From contig JAEXFV010000022.1 in the NCBI GenBank assembly GCA_023451115.1, forward strand, positions 1 to 50,937: a DNA stretch of 50,937 bases, given 5' to 3'. The notes beneath the pieces were generated by a model that worked only from the letters and a program-made list of their open reading frames with translations, made no database searches and was not told the DNA's origin. Source of the stretch: Bacillota bacterium. GTDB taxonomy: Bacteria > Bacillota > Clostridia > Christensenellales > CAG-138. Position 1 is the stretch's first letter. Each line of letters starts with the position of its first letter. A program made the position numbers and the translations under genes. Of this stretch, positions 1 through 8,218 are shown piece by piece.

Positions 1-278
1 TCCGCTTTTGTAAAGGACGCCTCATGCATCGCCGATAATTGCCCCTGCTGCCAATCCTGGTTTCAACGTTTTATGGATTTCCCTTATGATCGGTGGCTTA
101 TGAAGATCCCAGCTTTACACCACCCTAAGCGTACTAGAGTTTGTTTTGGAAAGGCGATTGATGATTATATAAATGCAAAAGATGGCGCTCTCTCCTCCTC
201 TATCATTGAGGGATACAGCCATAACACTAGTAAAATAGGCTCATCTCAAGGGGGGTTCGAATCCCCTATGCTCCACCA
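1..278 (+). ncRNA. ssrA: tmRNA (ssrA) 3' portion, truncated by window start
   Basis: A T-arm GGGGGTTCGAATCCCCT (251-267) abuts the acceptor 3' strand ATGCTCC, then discriminator A and CCA (268-278), showing the U70-C71-C72 Ala-identity pattern. No complementary 5' acceptor strand lies within 90 nt upstream, so this is not a tRNA. An intrinsic terminator follows directly. Confidence 0.45.
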
Positions 279-285
279 CAGCAAT

Positions 286-338
286 CAAATCCGAACCCAA
301 TACCGATAGGTGAAGGGTTCGGATTTGTCGTTTATTTC
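286..338 (+). terminator. Rho-independent terminator following the RNA gene
   Basis: Perfect 13-bp inverted repeat CAAATCCGAACCC (286-298) and GGGTTCGGATTTG (315-327), followed by the T-rich tract TCGTTTATTTC. Confidence 0.7.
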
Positions 339-566
339 AGCACTCTCTATGAATAATAAAACGGAGGGTAATGAAATGAATAAAATGGAAGTCAACGAGA
401 CCAATATCGGAAGGTATGGGTGCAAGCTCCTTGCATACATGAAGGAGTACAATCACAACCTGTATACGGAATTACTCTTTTCAGGCAGGTTGGAAGATTG
501 GCTTCCCGCTAAGCTTGCAGGGCAAGAATCTGCTTTGCCCTATGTCGATACCGTACTACGGCGAAG

Positions 567-612
567 CCGGAGCCGTCAAGGCGAAAAGCGCAGCGTGCAT
601 ATACGGTTCCGG
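567..612 (+). other. group II intron domain V-like hairpin (fragment)
   Basis: ccGGAGCCGT...ACGGTTCCgg forms a 10-bp stem with the conserved G-U wobble. An AGC triad is at 571-573 and a GAAAA-type loop is present. This matches the GAGCCGU...ACGGUUC domain V consensus. No intron-encoded ORF or 5' GUGYG sequence is nearby. Confidence 0.3.
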
Positions 613-687
613 ATAGCCGCGGTAAATTCAAAGTTTCACACGAACCCGATCTTTGAAGAAAACCATGAGTTGCATCAGAATACCGCC

Positions 688-1266
688 TCAGTCTTTGATG
701 GGCATCGTCCATTTATCCGTGACCTGCATGGTTACCATATACGGCTGTTTGAGCAGGGCACCATCGCTTACGAATGCGCTCTTAGTTTTCGTGACCTTGC
801 GCAATTGCCGGTTAAGGTCGCTAAAATTGCAAACTTTGACATAGCTCCTTGTCGAAATTGCGGTGGTTGTATAGATGATTCGTCGGATTTCGATAAAGTG
901 TTTTCCACCACCTAGCGTTCCTATGGACAGTTCGCCTCGACGGGTGTCCACATCCCTATAGCAACGAAGTTGCGCAAGGTCGATCTCACCGGAGAAGCGG
1001 TGGGGCTTTTGTTGGATAGAAAACCCGGTGGGGATGGCGGCATAGATGAGCTTATCAAGCCTGAGCTCATTGTACAATATCGGGTCGACCCATGCCATCT
1101 GGTCGCAGGCTTTCAATTCTTCCGTGATGCCCTGTGCTTTGTTATTTATAGAGAGTGCTGATAAGTTGTTGTTCGCAAAGCAAACAACATAGCCCCGATA
1201 GAAATGACCGAATTCAAAGGAATTCGGGTAAATAAACGATAAACCGAACCCCTCGCTGATCGGCAT
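688..1266 (-). CDS. hypothetical ORF of uncertain validity
   Basis: It is the only ORF over 150 aa in the 340-1890 tract. It carries no recognisable motif and its sequence context is poor. Confidence 0.15.
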   Translation of the reverse strand: MPISEGFGLSFIYPNSFEFGHFYRGYVVCFANNNLSALSINNKAQGITEELKACDQMAWVDPILYNELRLDKLIYAAIPTGFSIQQKPHRFSGEIDLAQLRCYRDVDTRRGELSIGTLGGGKHFIEIRRIIYTTTAISTRSYVKVCNFSDLNRQLRKVTKTKSAFVSDGALLKQPYMVTMQVTDKWTMPIKD

Positions 1267-1891
1267 TGGGTTCGATTTATCTCATTTGGCTAGAACCAGC
1301 TAAGGAGCGGCTATCTTTGCTTCTTCTGCTGGCGGTAATACTTCTATTTACACACCACCGGGCATTATATGCATATCTTCTTTGTAGCGTCCTTCCCTAA
1401 CTGCTTTCCGCATACAGGACAGTACTGATGCATTTCTCGTTTCTACGCCACCCTGGCTTTCTTCTTGGCTAGCTTCGCGTCGTTTGCACAGCGTAGGGAG
1501 CAATGGGGCGCCCGGTCGGAACGACTGCAGAAGCTATCGACGCAAACGATACAATCGTCCCGTAAAACCGTATCCACCCTTTTCCGTCGCCAAATTTACT
1601 GCTTTCTCTTGTGTATTTCTTCATGGAGTATCCCTTCCTGCTTATTCTGGGTTAATCGCTGTTGCACTTGCCGATGCTACAGTTTACTGAACTTCAATAA
1701 CCACCTTTTTCGTCATTATATATATTCCATATTACCTTTAGACATGTCAATGCCAGCGCAGTATTCACTGCGGTCTTTGTATATATGTACAGCCGGTACC
1801 TTTGGAGTTGAAATATTCAGACAAGTTAAATATAATTGTATTTACACGCATGGATTCCTCATAGGGGTTTCATCCGGGAAAGGATATTGTC

Positions 1892-2620
1892 TTGGTTACT
1901 GAAGAACTCTTGTCCAGCAAGATAAGCGAAAGGCTGCTTTATGAAATGAAGCAGGGCAAATATCAAAGGGAGGATCGGCTTCCTCCCGAGGTATTGATCG
2001 CAAAGGATCTCAATGTGAGTCGAACGGCCGTGCGGGATAGTCTTGCGATACTTGAAAGAGAAGGATTTATCAGCCGCAAGCATGGCGTTGGTACCATTAT
2101 CAATCACCATGTTCTCAAGGTGATTACGAGGATGGATCTCGAGCAGGAGTTTTTGGAGATCATAACCTGCGCAGGGTATAAGGCCGGAACCTCATACTGC
2201 ACTTGGCGCTATGCGCGCGCGTCGGAGGACGTCGCGGACAGGCTTGCCATCCATGTTGGGGATGAGATTATACAAGTGATAAGGGTGATCACAGCCGACG
2301 GTATACCCGCCATATTTTGCACGGACACCATTGCCAGGAGCATTGTAACCAACGACAAGTACGACGATGCTTTTCTTTCGCGCCCGATATTCGACTTTCT
2401 TGAGACCTACTGTGATACAAACGTATTTATGGACCTTACCGATATCCATGCTGTTGTCGCAGACGCGGTTACGGCTTCAATGTTGCAGATCAAAGAAGGC
2501 GACCCCGTGCTCTATATGGATGAGGTCGGCTATACGTTCAGAGGCAAGCCGGTACTTGCTTCCGATGAGTACTACCGCGAGGGGCTCATCAAGCAGACCG
2601 TGCTTAGGAAAAAGATATAG
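1892..2620 (+). CDS. GntR-family transcriptional regulator (HTH plus UTRA-like effector domain)
   Basis: TTG start. N-terminal winged-HTH motif LNVSRTAVRDSLAILEREGFI. It lies upstream of the transporter and purine genes. Confidence 0.8.
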   Translation: MVTEELLSSKISERLLYEMKQGKYQREDRLPPEVLIAKDLNVSRTAVRDSLAILEREGFISRKHGVGTIINHHVLKVITRMDLEQEFLEIITCAGYKAGTSYCTWRYARASEDVADRLAIHVGDEIIQVIRVITADGIPAIFCTDTIARSIVTNDKYDDAFLSRPIFDFLETYCDTNVFMDLTDIHAVVADAVTASMLQIKEGDPVLYMDEVGYTFRGKPVLASDEYYREGLIKQTVLRKKI

Positions 2621-2647
2621 AAAGATAAGAGAACCCGGTTTTTGAGT

Positions 2648-2688
2648 GGCACGAGTCCAAACAATTTGTTTAGGGCTCGTGTTTTTAT
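2648..2688 (+). terminator. intrinsic terminator after the GntR gene
   Basis: Stem CACGAGTCC/GGGCTCGTG with a 14-nt loop, followed by TTTTTA. Confidence 0.55.
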
Positions 2689-2698
2689 GAATATACCC

Positions 2699-2728
2699 TT
2701 GACACACATAGAATATTGCGGTATAAAT
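2699..2728 (+). promoter_or_regulatory. sigmaA-type promoter of the nucleoside ABC operon
   Basis: TTGACA (2699-2704), a 17-nt spacer, then TATAAA(T) (2722-2728). Confidence 0.5.
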
Positions 2729-2797
2729 AGATCATACCAAATAAAATAGATCATACCAAATAAAATAGATCGTACCAACAAAATAGATCATACCGAA
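2723..2797 (+). repeat. four tandem copies of a 19-nt iteron ATAAAATAGATCATACCAA
   Basis: The core TAGATCATACC recurs at 2728, 2747, 2766 (one mismatch) and 2784, with periods of 19, 19 and 18. The array starts at the -10 element. Confidence 0.8.
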
Positions 2798-2801
2798 TCT
2801 C

Positions 2802-2840
2802 AAAAAAAACATCCATAAAAAACATCCATAAAAAACAGTC
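2802..2840 (+). repeat. tandem AAAAAACATCCAT repeats (2.5 copies)
   Basis: Direct repeat seen at 2804-2829, with a degenerate third unit. Confidence 0.6.
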
Positions 2841-2969
2841 AATCAGATACGTCGCCACAAAAGAACGCGGCAAAAGCCAACCGACATACATGGGAAAACA
2901 CAGTGTGGCGCATAGCAGTTTATGAAGGCATTTTGTCTGGATATAAAATGATGCAGGAGGAAAAAAAAC

Positions 2970-4073
2970 ATGAAGCTTAACGTAAGAACCTTCACCGCCA
3001 TTATTCTGGTACTGATGATGGCATTGCCTCTCTTTGTGGGCTGCGCGGCGCCTGCCGCCAATACCGCACCCGCGACCGAAGCCTCCCCGTCTGAAGCGCC
3101 TGTCGCTGAAGCTGCGGCGGCTGAAGAACCCGCCCCCGCAGAGCCTGCTGCCGAGAAGATCAAAGTCACGTTGGTCCTCCCGGGAAAGAAGGATGATGTT
3201 TCCTTCAACCAGGCGATGTACGAAGGCATCACATCCTATGCAAACGCTCATGCGGACACCATCGACCTCAAAATTGTAGAGAACGTCTATGAAGTTGCCG
3301 ACATCGAACCCGCACTGGCGGATTTTGCGGATCAAGGCTACGATGTGATCTTTGGTCACGGATTCCAGTTCATGGAGCCCCTTGTAGCGGTTGCCGACCG
3401 TTACCCTGAGAGCTATTTTCTGTTAGGCACCGGTTACATGTTCCGCAAAAACTCCGCCATCTATGACGTGGCGCTTGAATCCGGTGGCTACATTATGGGC
3501 GTAATCGCGGCGCTTGCAAGTGAAAGCGACAAGATCGGCGTTATTGGTGGCGCGGACGCTTCAGAAATGGTCCGCGGTCATGCGGGCTATAAGATGGGCG
3601 CGCAGTCTGTCAATCCAGATATCGAAATTCAGGAAGTTTATACTGGCGACTGGAACGATACCGCCGGCGCATATGAAGCCGCTGTCGGCATGTACGATTC
3701 CGGCGTTGACATCATTTGGCATTCTGGCGACGGTATAGGCCTTGGCGTTGTGCAGGCCGCTGTTGAAAAGGATCAGTATGTGTTGGGCAACGTGCAGGAT
3801 CAGTATTCTCTGGGTGAAAAGAATGTGCTTAGCGGCGTGCAGTATCACTGGGAGTCCGTCATCGAGCAGATATTCAAGGATATCGCGGATGGCAGCTTCC
3901 TTACCCTTGCGGATGACCAGCGGATATATTGGATCACCATTGCCAACGGCGGTATGGAATATACCAAGATCAACGATCCCAAGGGCTGGCTGAGCGATGA
4001 GGAGCTCGCCAAGATCGAAGAGGTCTACTCGCAGCTTGCCGCGGACCAGATCGAATGGCCTTCCTGGGATTGA
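2970..4073 (+). CDS. BMP-family (Med/PnrA/NupN-like) ABC transporter substrate-binding lipoprotein
   Basis: AGGAGG RBS. Signal peptide with lipobox LFVGC. Ala/Pro/Glu-rich linker. BMP-family fold. Confidence 0.9.
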   Translation: MKLNVRTFTAIILVLMMALPLFVGCAAPAANTAPATEASPSEAPVAEAAAAEEPAPAEPAAEKIKVTLVLPGKKDDVSFNQAMYEGITSYANAHADTIDLKIVENVYEVADIEPALADFADQGYDVIFGHGFQFMEPLVAVADRYPESYFLLGTGYMFRKNSAIYDVALESGGYIMGVIAALASESDKIGVIGGADASEMVRGHAGYKMGAQSVNPDIEIQEVYTGDWNDTAGAYEAAVGMYDSGVDIIWHSGDGIGLGVVQAAVEKDQYVLGNVQDQYSLGEKNVLSGVQYHWESVIEQIFKDIADGSFLTLADDQRIYWITIANGGMEYTKINDPKGWLSDEELAKIEEVYSQLAADQIEWPSWD

Positions 4074-4189
4074 TCATGCAATAGGCATTATGCCCTTATG
4101 CTTGGCTTAATGGCATGAATGTAAAAAGGGACGCGAAGGGCGCGGTATACGCGCCCCTCGCGCACTCATTAAGCAAGGAGGAACGGGAT

Positions 4190-5710
4190 ATGGACACATT
4201 GGCGGTAAAAATGCTGGGGATCACAAAAGCCTTTAATGGTGTGAAGGCCAATGACGGCATAGATTTTTCCCTTAAAAAAGGCTCGATCCACGGACTTCTC
4301 GGAGAAAACGGCGCGGGAAAAACGACATTGATGAATGTGCTTTACGGGCTATATAAGCAGGAAGATGGTGATATTTTCATCAATGGCACAAAAGAGGAAA
4401 TTTCATCACCGCTTAAGGCGATTTCACTGGGCATCGCCATGGTGCATCAGCATTTTATGCTTGCAAGGCCGCTTACGGTAGTGGAAAATGTAATGCTCGG
4501 GAAAAAATCGCGCAGAGGTATCCTCCTCGATACAAAAGCGACGGCGGAGGAGCTTCGCGCGTTATCTGATAAATTTCGCATGGGAATAGACCCTTACGCA
4601 AAAATATGGCAGTTATCGGTGGGGGAACAGCAGCGGGTCGAAATACTCACCGCAATCTATATGGGCGCAAACACGCTTATTCTGGACGAGCCTACCGCCG
4701 TTCTTACACCGCAGGAAACCAACGCCTTTTTTGATACGCTGCGCGAAATGCGCGACGACGGCAAGTCCATCATCCTCATAACGCACAAGCTGGAGGAGAT
4801 CATTTCCATTGTGGACGAGGTGACTGTGCTTCGGGATGGAAAAATGGTGGGCACGCGCACGCTGGACTCGAGCGTAACCAAAGACGAGCTCACCAGGATG
4901 ATGGTGGGCAGGGACGTTTTATTCAACTTCTCCAGTGAAAACAGGGCGCCGGGCCAGGTGAAGCTATCGATGCGAGGACTTTGTGCAAAGAACGACAAGA
5001 GCGTCGCGGCGCTAAAGGATTTTACCCTGGACATACACGAGGGCGAAGTCGTCGGTCTTGCGGGCGTGGACGGTAACGGGCAAAAGGAGCTTTGCGAGGT
5101 GCTTACGGGACTTCGCAAAGCGGAGGACGGAAAGCTCATACTTAAAGATAAAGACGTTTTGAACCTGTCTCCCGCCTTTTACATTAGAAACGGGGTAGCG
5201 CATATACCAGAAGACAGGCAGACCACGGGGCTTGCGATGAATTGGAGCCTTAAGCTTAATTTGATCATTAAAAAGCTGGGCCAGGCTCCCTATGCCAAAT
5301 ATGGACTTGTCCAGCAGAAAGAAATGCAACAAAACTGGGCCGAGCTGCAAAAAAATTATCATATCAAAGCCAATTCCGGCGAGGATGAGGCGCGCACACT
5401 TTCCGGGGGCAACCAGCAGAAGGTGATCCTTGCGCGCGAGCTTAGCTCAAACCCCGAGGTACTCATAGCGAATCAGCCTACGCGCGGCTTGGATATAGGC
5501 GCCGCCGAGTACGTCCGGCAAAAGATACTTGACGCGCGAAACGCGGGCGCGGCGGTGCTGATGGTGTCGGCCGATCTGGAAGAGATATTCCAGCTCTCGG
5601 ACAGGATAGCCGTTATATACGGCGGAGAGCTGATGGGTATACTCGAGCGGGGCGCGGACACCTACAAGGTCGGGAAACTGATGATGGGCAGAAAGCAGGA
5701 GGTGTGCTGA
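4190..5710 (+). CDS. ABC transporter ATP-binding protein with duplicated ATPase domains (nucleoside/sugar type)
   Basis: Start chosen at MDTLAV, after the AAGGAGG RBS. Two Walker A motifs (GENGAGKT, GVDGNGQK) and two LSGG signatures. Confidence 0.9.
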   Translation: MDTLAVKMLGITKAFNGVKANDGIDFSLKKGSIHGLLGENGAGKTTLMNVLYGLYKQEDGDIFINGTKEEISSPLKAISLGIAMVHQHFMLARPLTVVENVMLGKKSRRGILLDTKATAEELRALSDKFRMGIDPYAKIWQLSVGEQQRVEILTAIYMGANTLILDEPTAVLTPQETNAFFDTLREMRDDGKSIILITHKLEEIISIVDEVTVLRDGKMVGTRTLDSSVTKDELTRMMVGRDVLFNFSSENRAPGQVKLSMRGLCAKNDKSVAALKDFTLDIHEGEVVGLAGVDGNGQKELCEVLTGLRKAEDGKLILKDKDVLNLSPAFYIRNGVAHIPEDRQTTGLAMNWSLKLNLIIKKLGQAPYAKYGLVQQKEMQQNWAELQKNYHIKANSGEDEARTLSGGNQQKVILARELSSNPEVLIANQPTRGLDIGAAEYVRQKILDARNAGAAVLMVSADLEEIFQLSDRIAVIYGGELMGILERGADTYKVGKLMMGRKQEVC

Positions 5711-5711
5711 T

Positions 5712-6755
5712 ATGGGAGCGAGGCTTAAAAACGCTTTTTCCAAGACAGGCGGCTCCGTTGTAATGGTGGCGATCGCTTTACTCATTGGCGCAATACTGGT
5801 GGCCGTTTCAGGAAATGATCCGGCTGAAGCGTATGCGTCCATGTTTCAGGGCGCTTTTGGCTCCAGACAACGCGTCAGCGAGCTGTTTGTAAAGCTTATC
5901 CCCGTGATAATCATGGCGCTTGGCGTGTCCATCGCCTATAAAGCGCAGCTTTGGAACATCGGCGCCGCGGGGCAGTTTATCATGGGCGCCATCGCTTCCG
6001 TTGCAGTGGGGCTGTATGTGCCGCTTCCGCCAGCGTTGCTCGTACCGCTTTCCTTTGTTGCCGCTCTGGCCGCAGCCGGGCTTTGGGCAGCGCTCGCGGC
6101 GTATCTAAAGACCCGCTTTAACGCAAACGAAGTAATAACGACCTTGATGCTCAACTATATTGCCGACTATTTTCTCGCGTATCTGGTGTATGGGCCCATG
6201 ATGGATCCGGCGGGACAGCTCCCGCAATCGGCGGTGCTCAATGAGGCGTTGCGCCTTCCCCTTTTGATCGAGGGGCTTCGTCTGCATTCCGGCCTCTATA
6301 TTATGGTCGCGGTGCTGTTGCTGATGCTCCTGCTTTGGAAGTCCACGCTCGGTTATCGCATAAATCTCATTGGGCAAGGGGAAAAGGTCTCGACGTATGC
6401 CGGCGTAAACGTTAAGAAAACGGTGATTACGACCATGTTCCTCTCAGGCATGGTGATTGGTGTCGCCGGATGGATCGAAGCGTACGGATTGCAGTTCAGG
6501 GTGATGGAAAATTTTGCGGGCAGCTATGGAAACATCGCTACGGTGGTCGCGCTGCTGGGCGCGCTCAATCCCATTGGCATCGCGGCTTCCTCCCTATTCT
6601 TTTCCGTGCTGCTTGTGGGCGGGGCGAGTATGCAGCGTATGACGGACGTCCCATATTCCATTGTTGACGTTATTCAGGGATTGATCATCATCTTTGTCAT
6701 CAGCGCGGCGGTTTTCAAAAGTGCCGACGTGAGAAAGCTTTTTAAAAGGAGGTAG
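5712..6755 (+). CDS. ABC transporter permease
   Basis: Polytopic membrane protein. Its start is adjacent to the ATPase stop. Confidence 0.85.
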   Translation: MGARLKNAFSKTGGSVVMVAIALLIGAILVAVSGNDPAEAYASMFQGAFGSRQRVSELFVKLIPVIIMALGVSIAYKAQLWNIGAAGQFIMGAIASVAVGLYVPLPPALLVPLSFVAALAAAGLWAALAAYLKTRFNANEVITTLMLNYIADYFLAYLVYGPMMDPAGQLPQSAVLNEALRLPLLIEGLRLHSGLYIMVAVLLLMLLLWKSTLGYRINLIGQGEKVSTYAGVNVKKTVITTMFLSGMVIGVAGWIEAYGLQFRVMENFAGSYGNIATVVALLGALNPIGIAASSLFFSVLLVGGASMQRMTDVPYSIVDVIQGLIIIFVISAAVFKSADVRKLFKRR

Positions 6756-6760
6756 GAAGC

Positions 6761-7705
6761 GTGCTAAAGGACATTTTCTCGATGAGTTTTTTTATAAGTC
6801 TGCTTGCAAGCACGATCCGTCTGGCAACACCCATCATGGTTCCCGCGCTTGGGCAGATATACACCCAAAGAGCCGGCATATTGAATTTGGGCGTTGAGGG
6901 CACGATGCTCATGAGCGCGGTAACAGGCTTTGCGGTCGCGTTTCATAGCGGGAGCCTTTGGCTGGGACTACTCATGGGTATGGCCTGCGGAATGTTCTGG
7001 AGCCTCATCATGGGTTTTTTGAGCATTACGATACGCGCGAATCAGGTTATTGCCGGACTGGGTATGAACATACTCGCCGGCGGCCTTGCGGCCTATATAT
7101 ACCGCGTTATCTTCGGCATACAGTCGCTGCCGCCCAAGGTGGATTCCTTTCAAGGTATAATGATACCGGGCTTGTCGGAACTGCCCGTTATCGGTCCGAT
7201 ATTTCTTCAACATAACATACTGGTGTATCTTGGATTCTCATTGGTGTTTGTAACATGGTTCATACTTGAGCGCACTACCTTTGGGTTGAAGATAAAAGCC
7301 GTAGGCGAACATCCGTACGCGGCGGATGCAAAGGGGATCAATGTCTATGCTGTTCGGTATGCGGCAGTGCTCATAGGCGGCCTGTACGCCGGAGCGGCAG
7401 GTGCGTTTATGTCGATCGCCTATCTGAATTCCTTTACGGAAGCGGTCATCGGCGGGCGTGGCTATATCGCGGTGTCGGTTGTCATTTTTGCGCGCTTTAT
7501 GCCGTTTCGCGCCATGTGGGGCGCGCTGCTGTTCGGCATTGCATCCGCGCTGCAGCTTCGCTTGCAGGCATTGGGCGTGAATATCGCAAACCAGCTCATG
7601 CTCATGCTGCCATACATCATGACGATCGCGGCGCTGATATTTTCCTCGAACAAGGCGGAATTCCCCAGCGCATACACCATTCCCTATTCCAGAATGGAAC
7701 GATGA
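6761..7705 (+). CDS. ABC transporter permease
   Basis: GTG start after an AGGAGG RBS. Polytopic membrane protein. Confidence 0.85.
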   Translation: MLKDIFSMSFFISLLASTIRLATPIMVPALGQIYTQRAGILNLGVEGTMLMSAVTGFAVAFHSGSLWLGLLMGMACGMFWSLIMGFLSITIRANQVIAGLGMNILAGGLAAYIYRVIFGIQSLPPKVDSFQGIMIPGLSELPVIGPIFLQHNILVYLGFSLVFVTWFILERTTFGLKIKAVGEHPYAADAKGINVYAVRYAAVLIGGLYAGAAGAFMSIAYLNSFTEAVIGGRGYIAVSVVIFARFMPFRAMWGALLFGIASALQLRLQALGVNIANQLMLMLPYIMTIAALIFSSNKAEFPSAYTIPYSRMER

Positions 7706-8199
7706 CCATGCGGAGATTGGTCGTTTGGTTGCTGCTTGCATCCCTGCTTATCGTAGGATGCACGCGGACTGAGGTGCCGAAAAACGAGGCGCGGGCGCAT
7801 GAAAGGGCTGTTGCCTTTGCGCAGGCTGTGAATTATGAATATGAAACGCCCGAAAAAATCTATCCTTATTTGACTGCGGCATTTAAGGAGCAAATGAGCG
7901 AAGACGAGTTTGTCGAAGCTTTCAATAAGGAGCGTTCCTACCCGTATCTGGTGCCGCTTTTCATCAACTTCCGTGAGGTCGTACTGGACGAAGCCCATGA
8001 AACCGGAACGGCTTATTACTCCCAGGCGGCAAGACTGCCCGGTATGATCTATGAGGTGGGCATGGAATACGAGAACGGAGACTACTATTTCCGGGCGTTC
8101 GATCCTTTTCTGGACGGGAGTTATTTGGAAAAATTCGAGGTTATCCCCTATTCCCTGGATATGTATTACGACATCCCCCCGCAGGAAGATGCGGATTGA
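7702..8199 (+). CDS. hypothetical lipoprotein
   Basis: MTMRRLVVWLLLASLLIVGC lipobox. ATGA overlap with the permease stop. No recognisable domain. Confidence 0.6.
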   Translation: MTMRRLVVWLLLASLLIVGCTRTEVPKNEARAHERAVAFAQAVNYEYETPEKIYPYLTAAFKEQMSEDEFVEAFNKERSYPYLVPLFINFREVVLDEAHETGTAYYSQAARLPGMIYEVGMEYENGDYYFRAFDPFLDGSYLEKFEVIPYSLDMYYDIPPQEDAD

Positions 8200-8218
8200 A
8201 AACGTACTGGAGGCTGTA

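Noticed and set aside
203-278. Canonical tRNA (tRNA-Ala) ending at the CCA
   Set aside because: No sequence complementary to the acceptor 3' strand (would need GGAGCAT or GGGGCAT) occurs 70-90 nt upstream. No D-arm or anticodon arm can be drawn. The T-arm and acceptor end are better explained as a tmRNA terminus.
73-915. ORFs 73-309 and 310-915 on the plus strand
   Set aside because: They run through the RNA 3' end, its terminator hairpin and the domain V-like hairpin. They are overlapped by other frames, have no RBS, and show no motif. Treated as non-coding.
340-1300. Complete group II intron with intron-encoded reverse transcriptase
   Set aside because: Only a domain V-like hairpin is present. 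There is no RT/maturase ORF and no 5' GUGYG sequence at a workable distance. The largest ORF (688-1266, minus strand) is on the wrong strand and has no RT motifs.
2723-2840. CRISPR array
   Set aside because: Repeat units are contiguous with no spacers, only four copies are present, and no cas genes are nearby. It is a tandem repeat, not a CRISPR.
2836-2969. Purine riboswitch upstream of the nucleoside transporter
   Set aside because: The conserved UUUCUACC and CCGUAAAUGUCCGACUA segments of the purine aptamer are absent.
4657-5139. Antisense or embedded ORFs inside large genes (for example 4657-5139, 9038-9631, 12543-13019, 32501-33304, 40496-41134, 46908-47372)
   Set aside because: They lie entirely within well-supported genes on the opposite strand or in another frame. 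They have biased low-complexity composition typical of GC-rich antisense frames and show no motif.
7516-7701. Long N-terminal extension of the lipoprotein ORF (7516 start) and of the Xdh large subunit (8051 start)
   Set aside because: The extensions overlap the preceding genes in another frame and lack an RBS. Internal starts with good RBS and a signal peptide (7702) or the conserved N-terminus (8219) are preferred.
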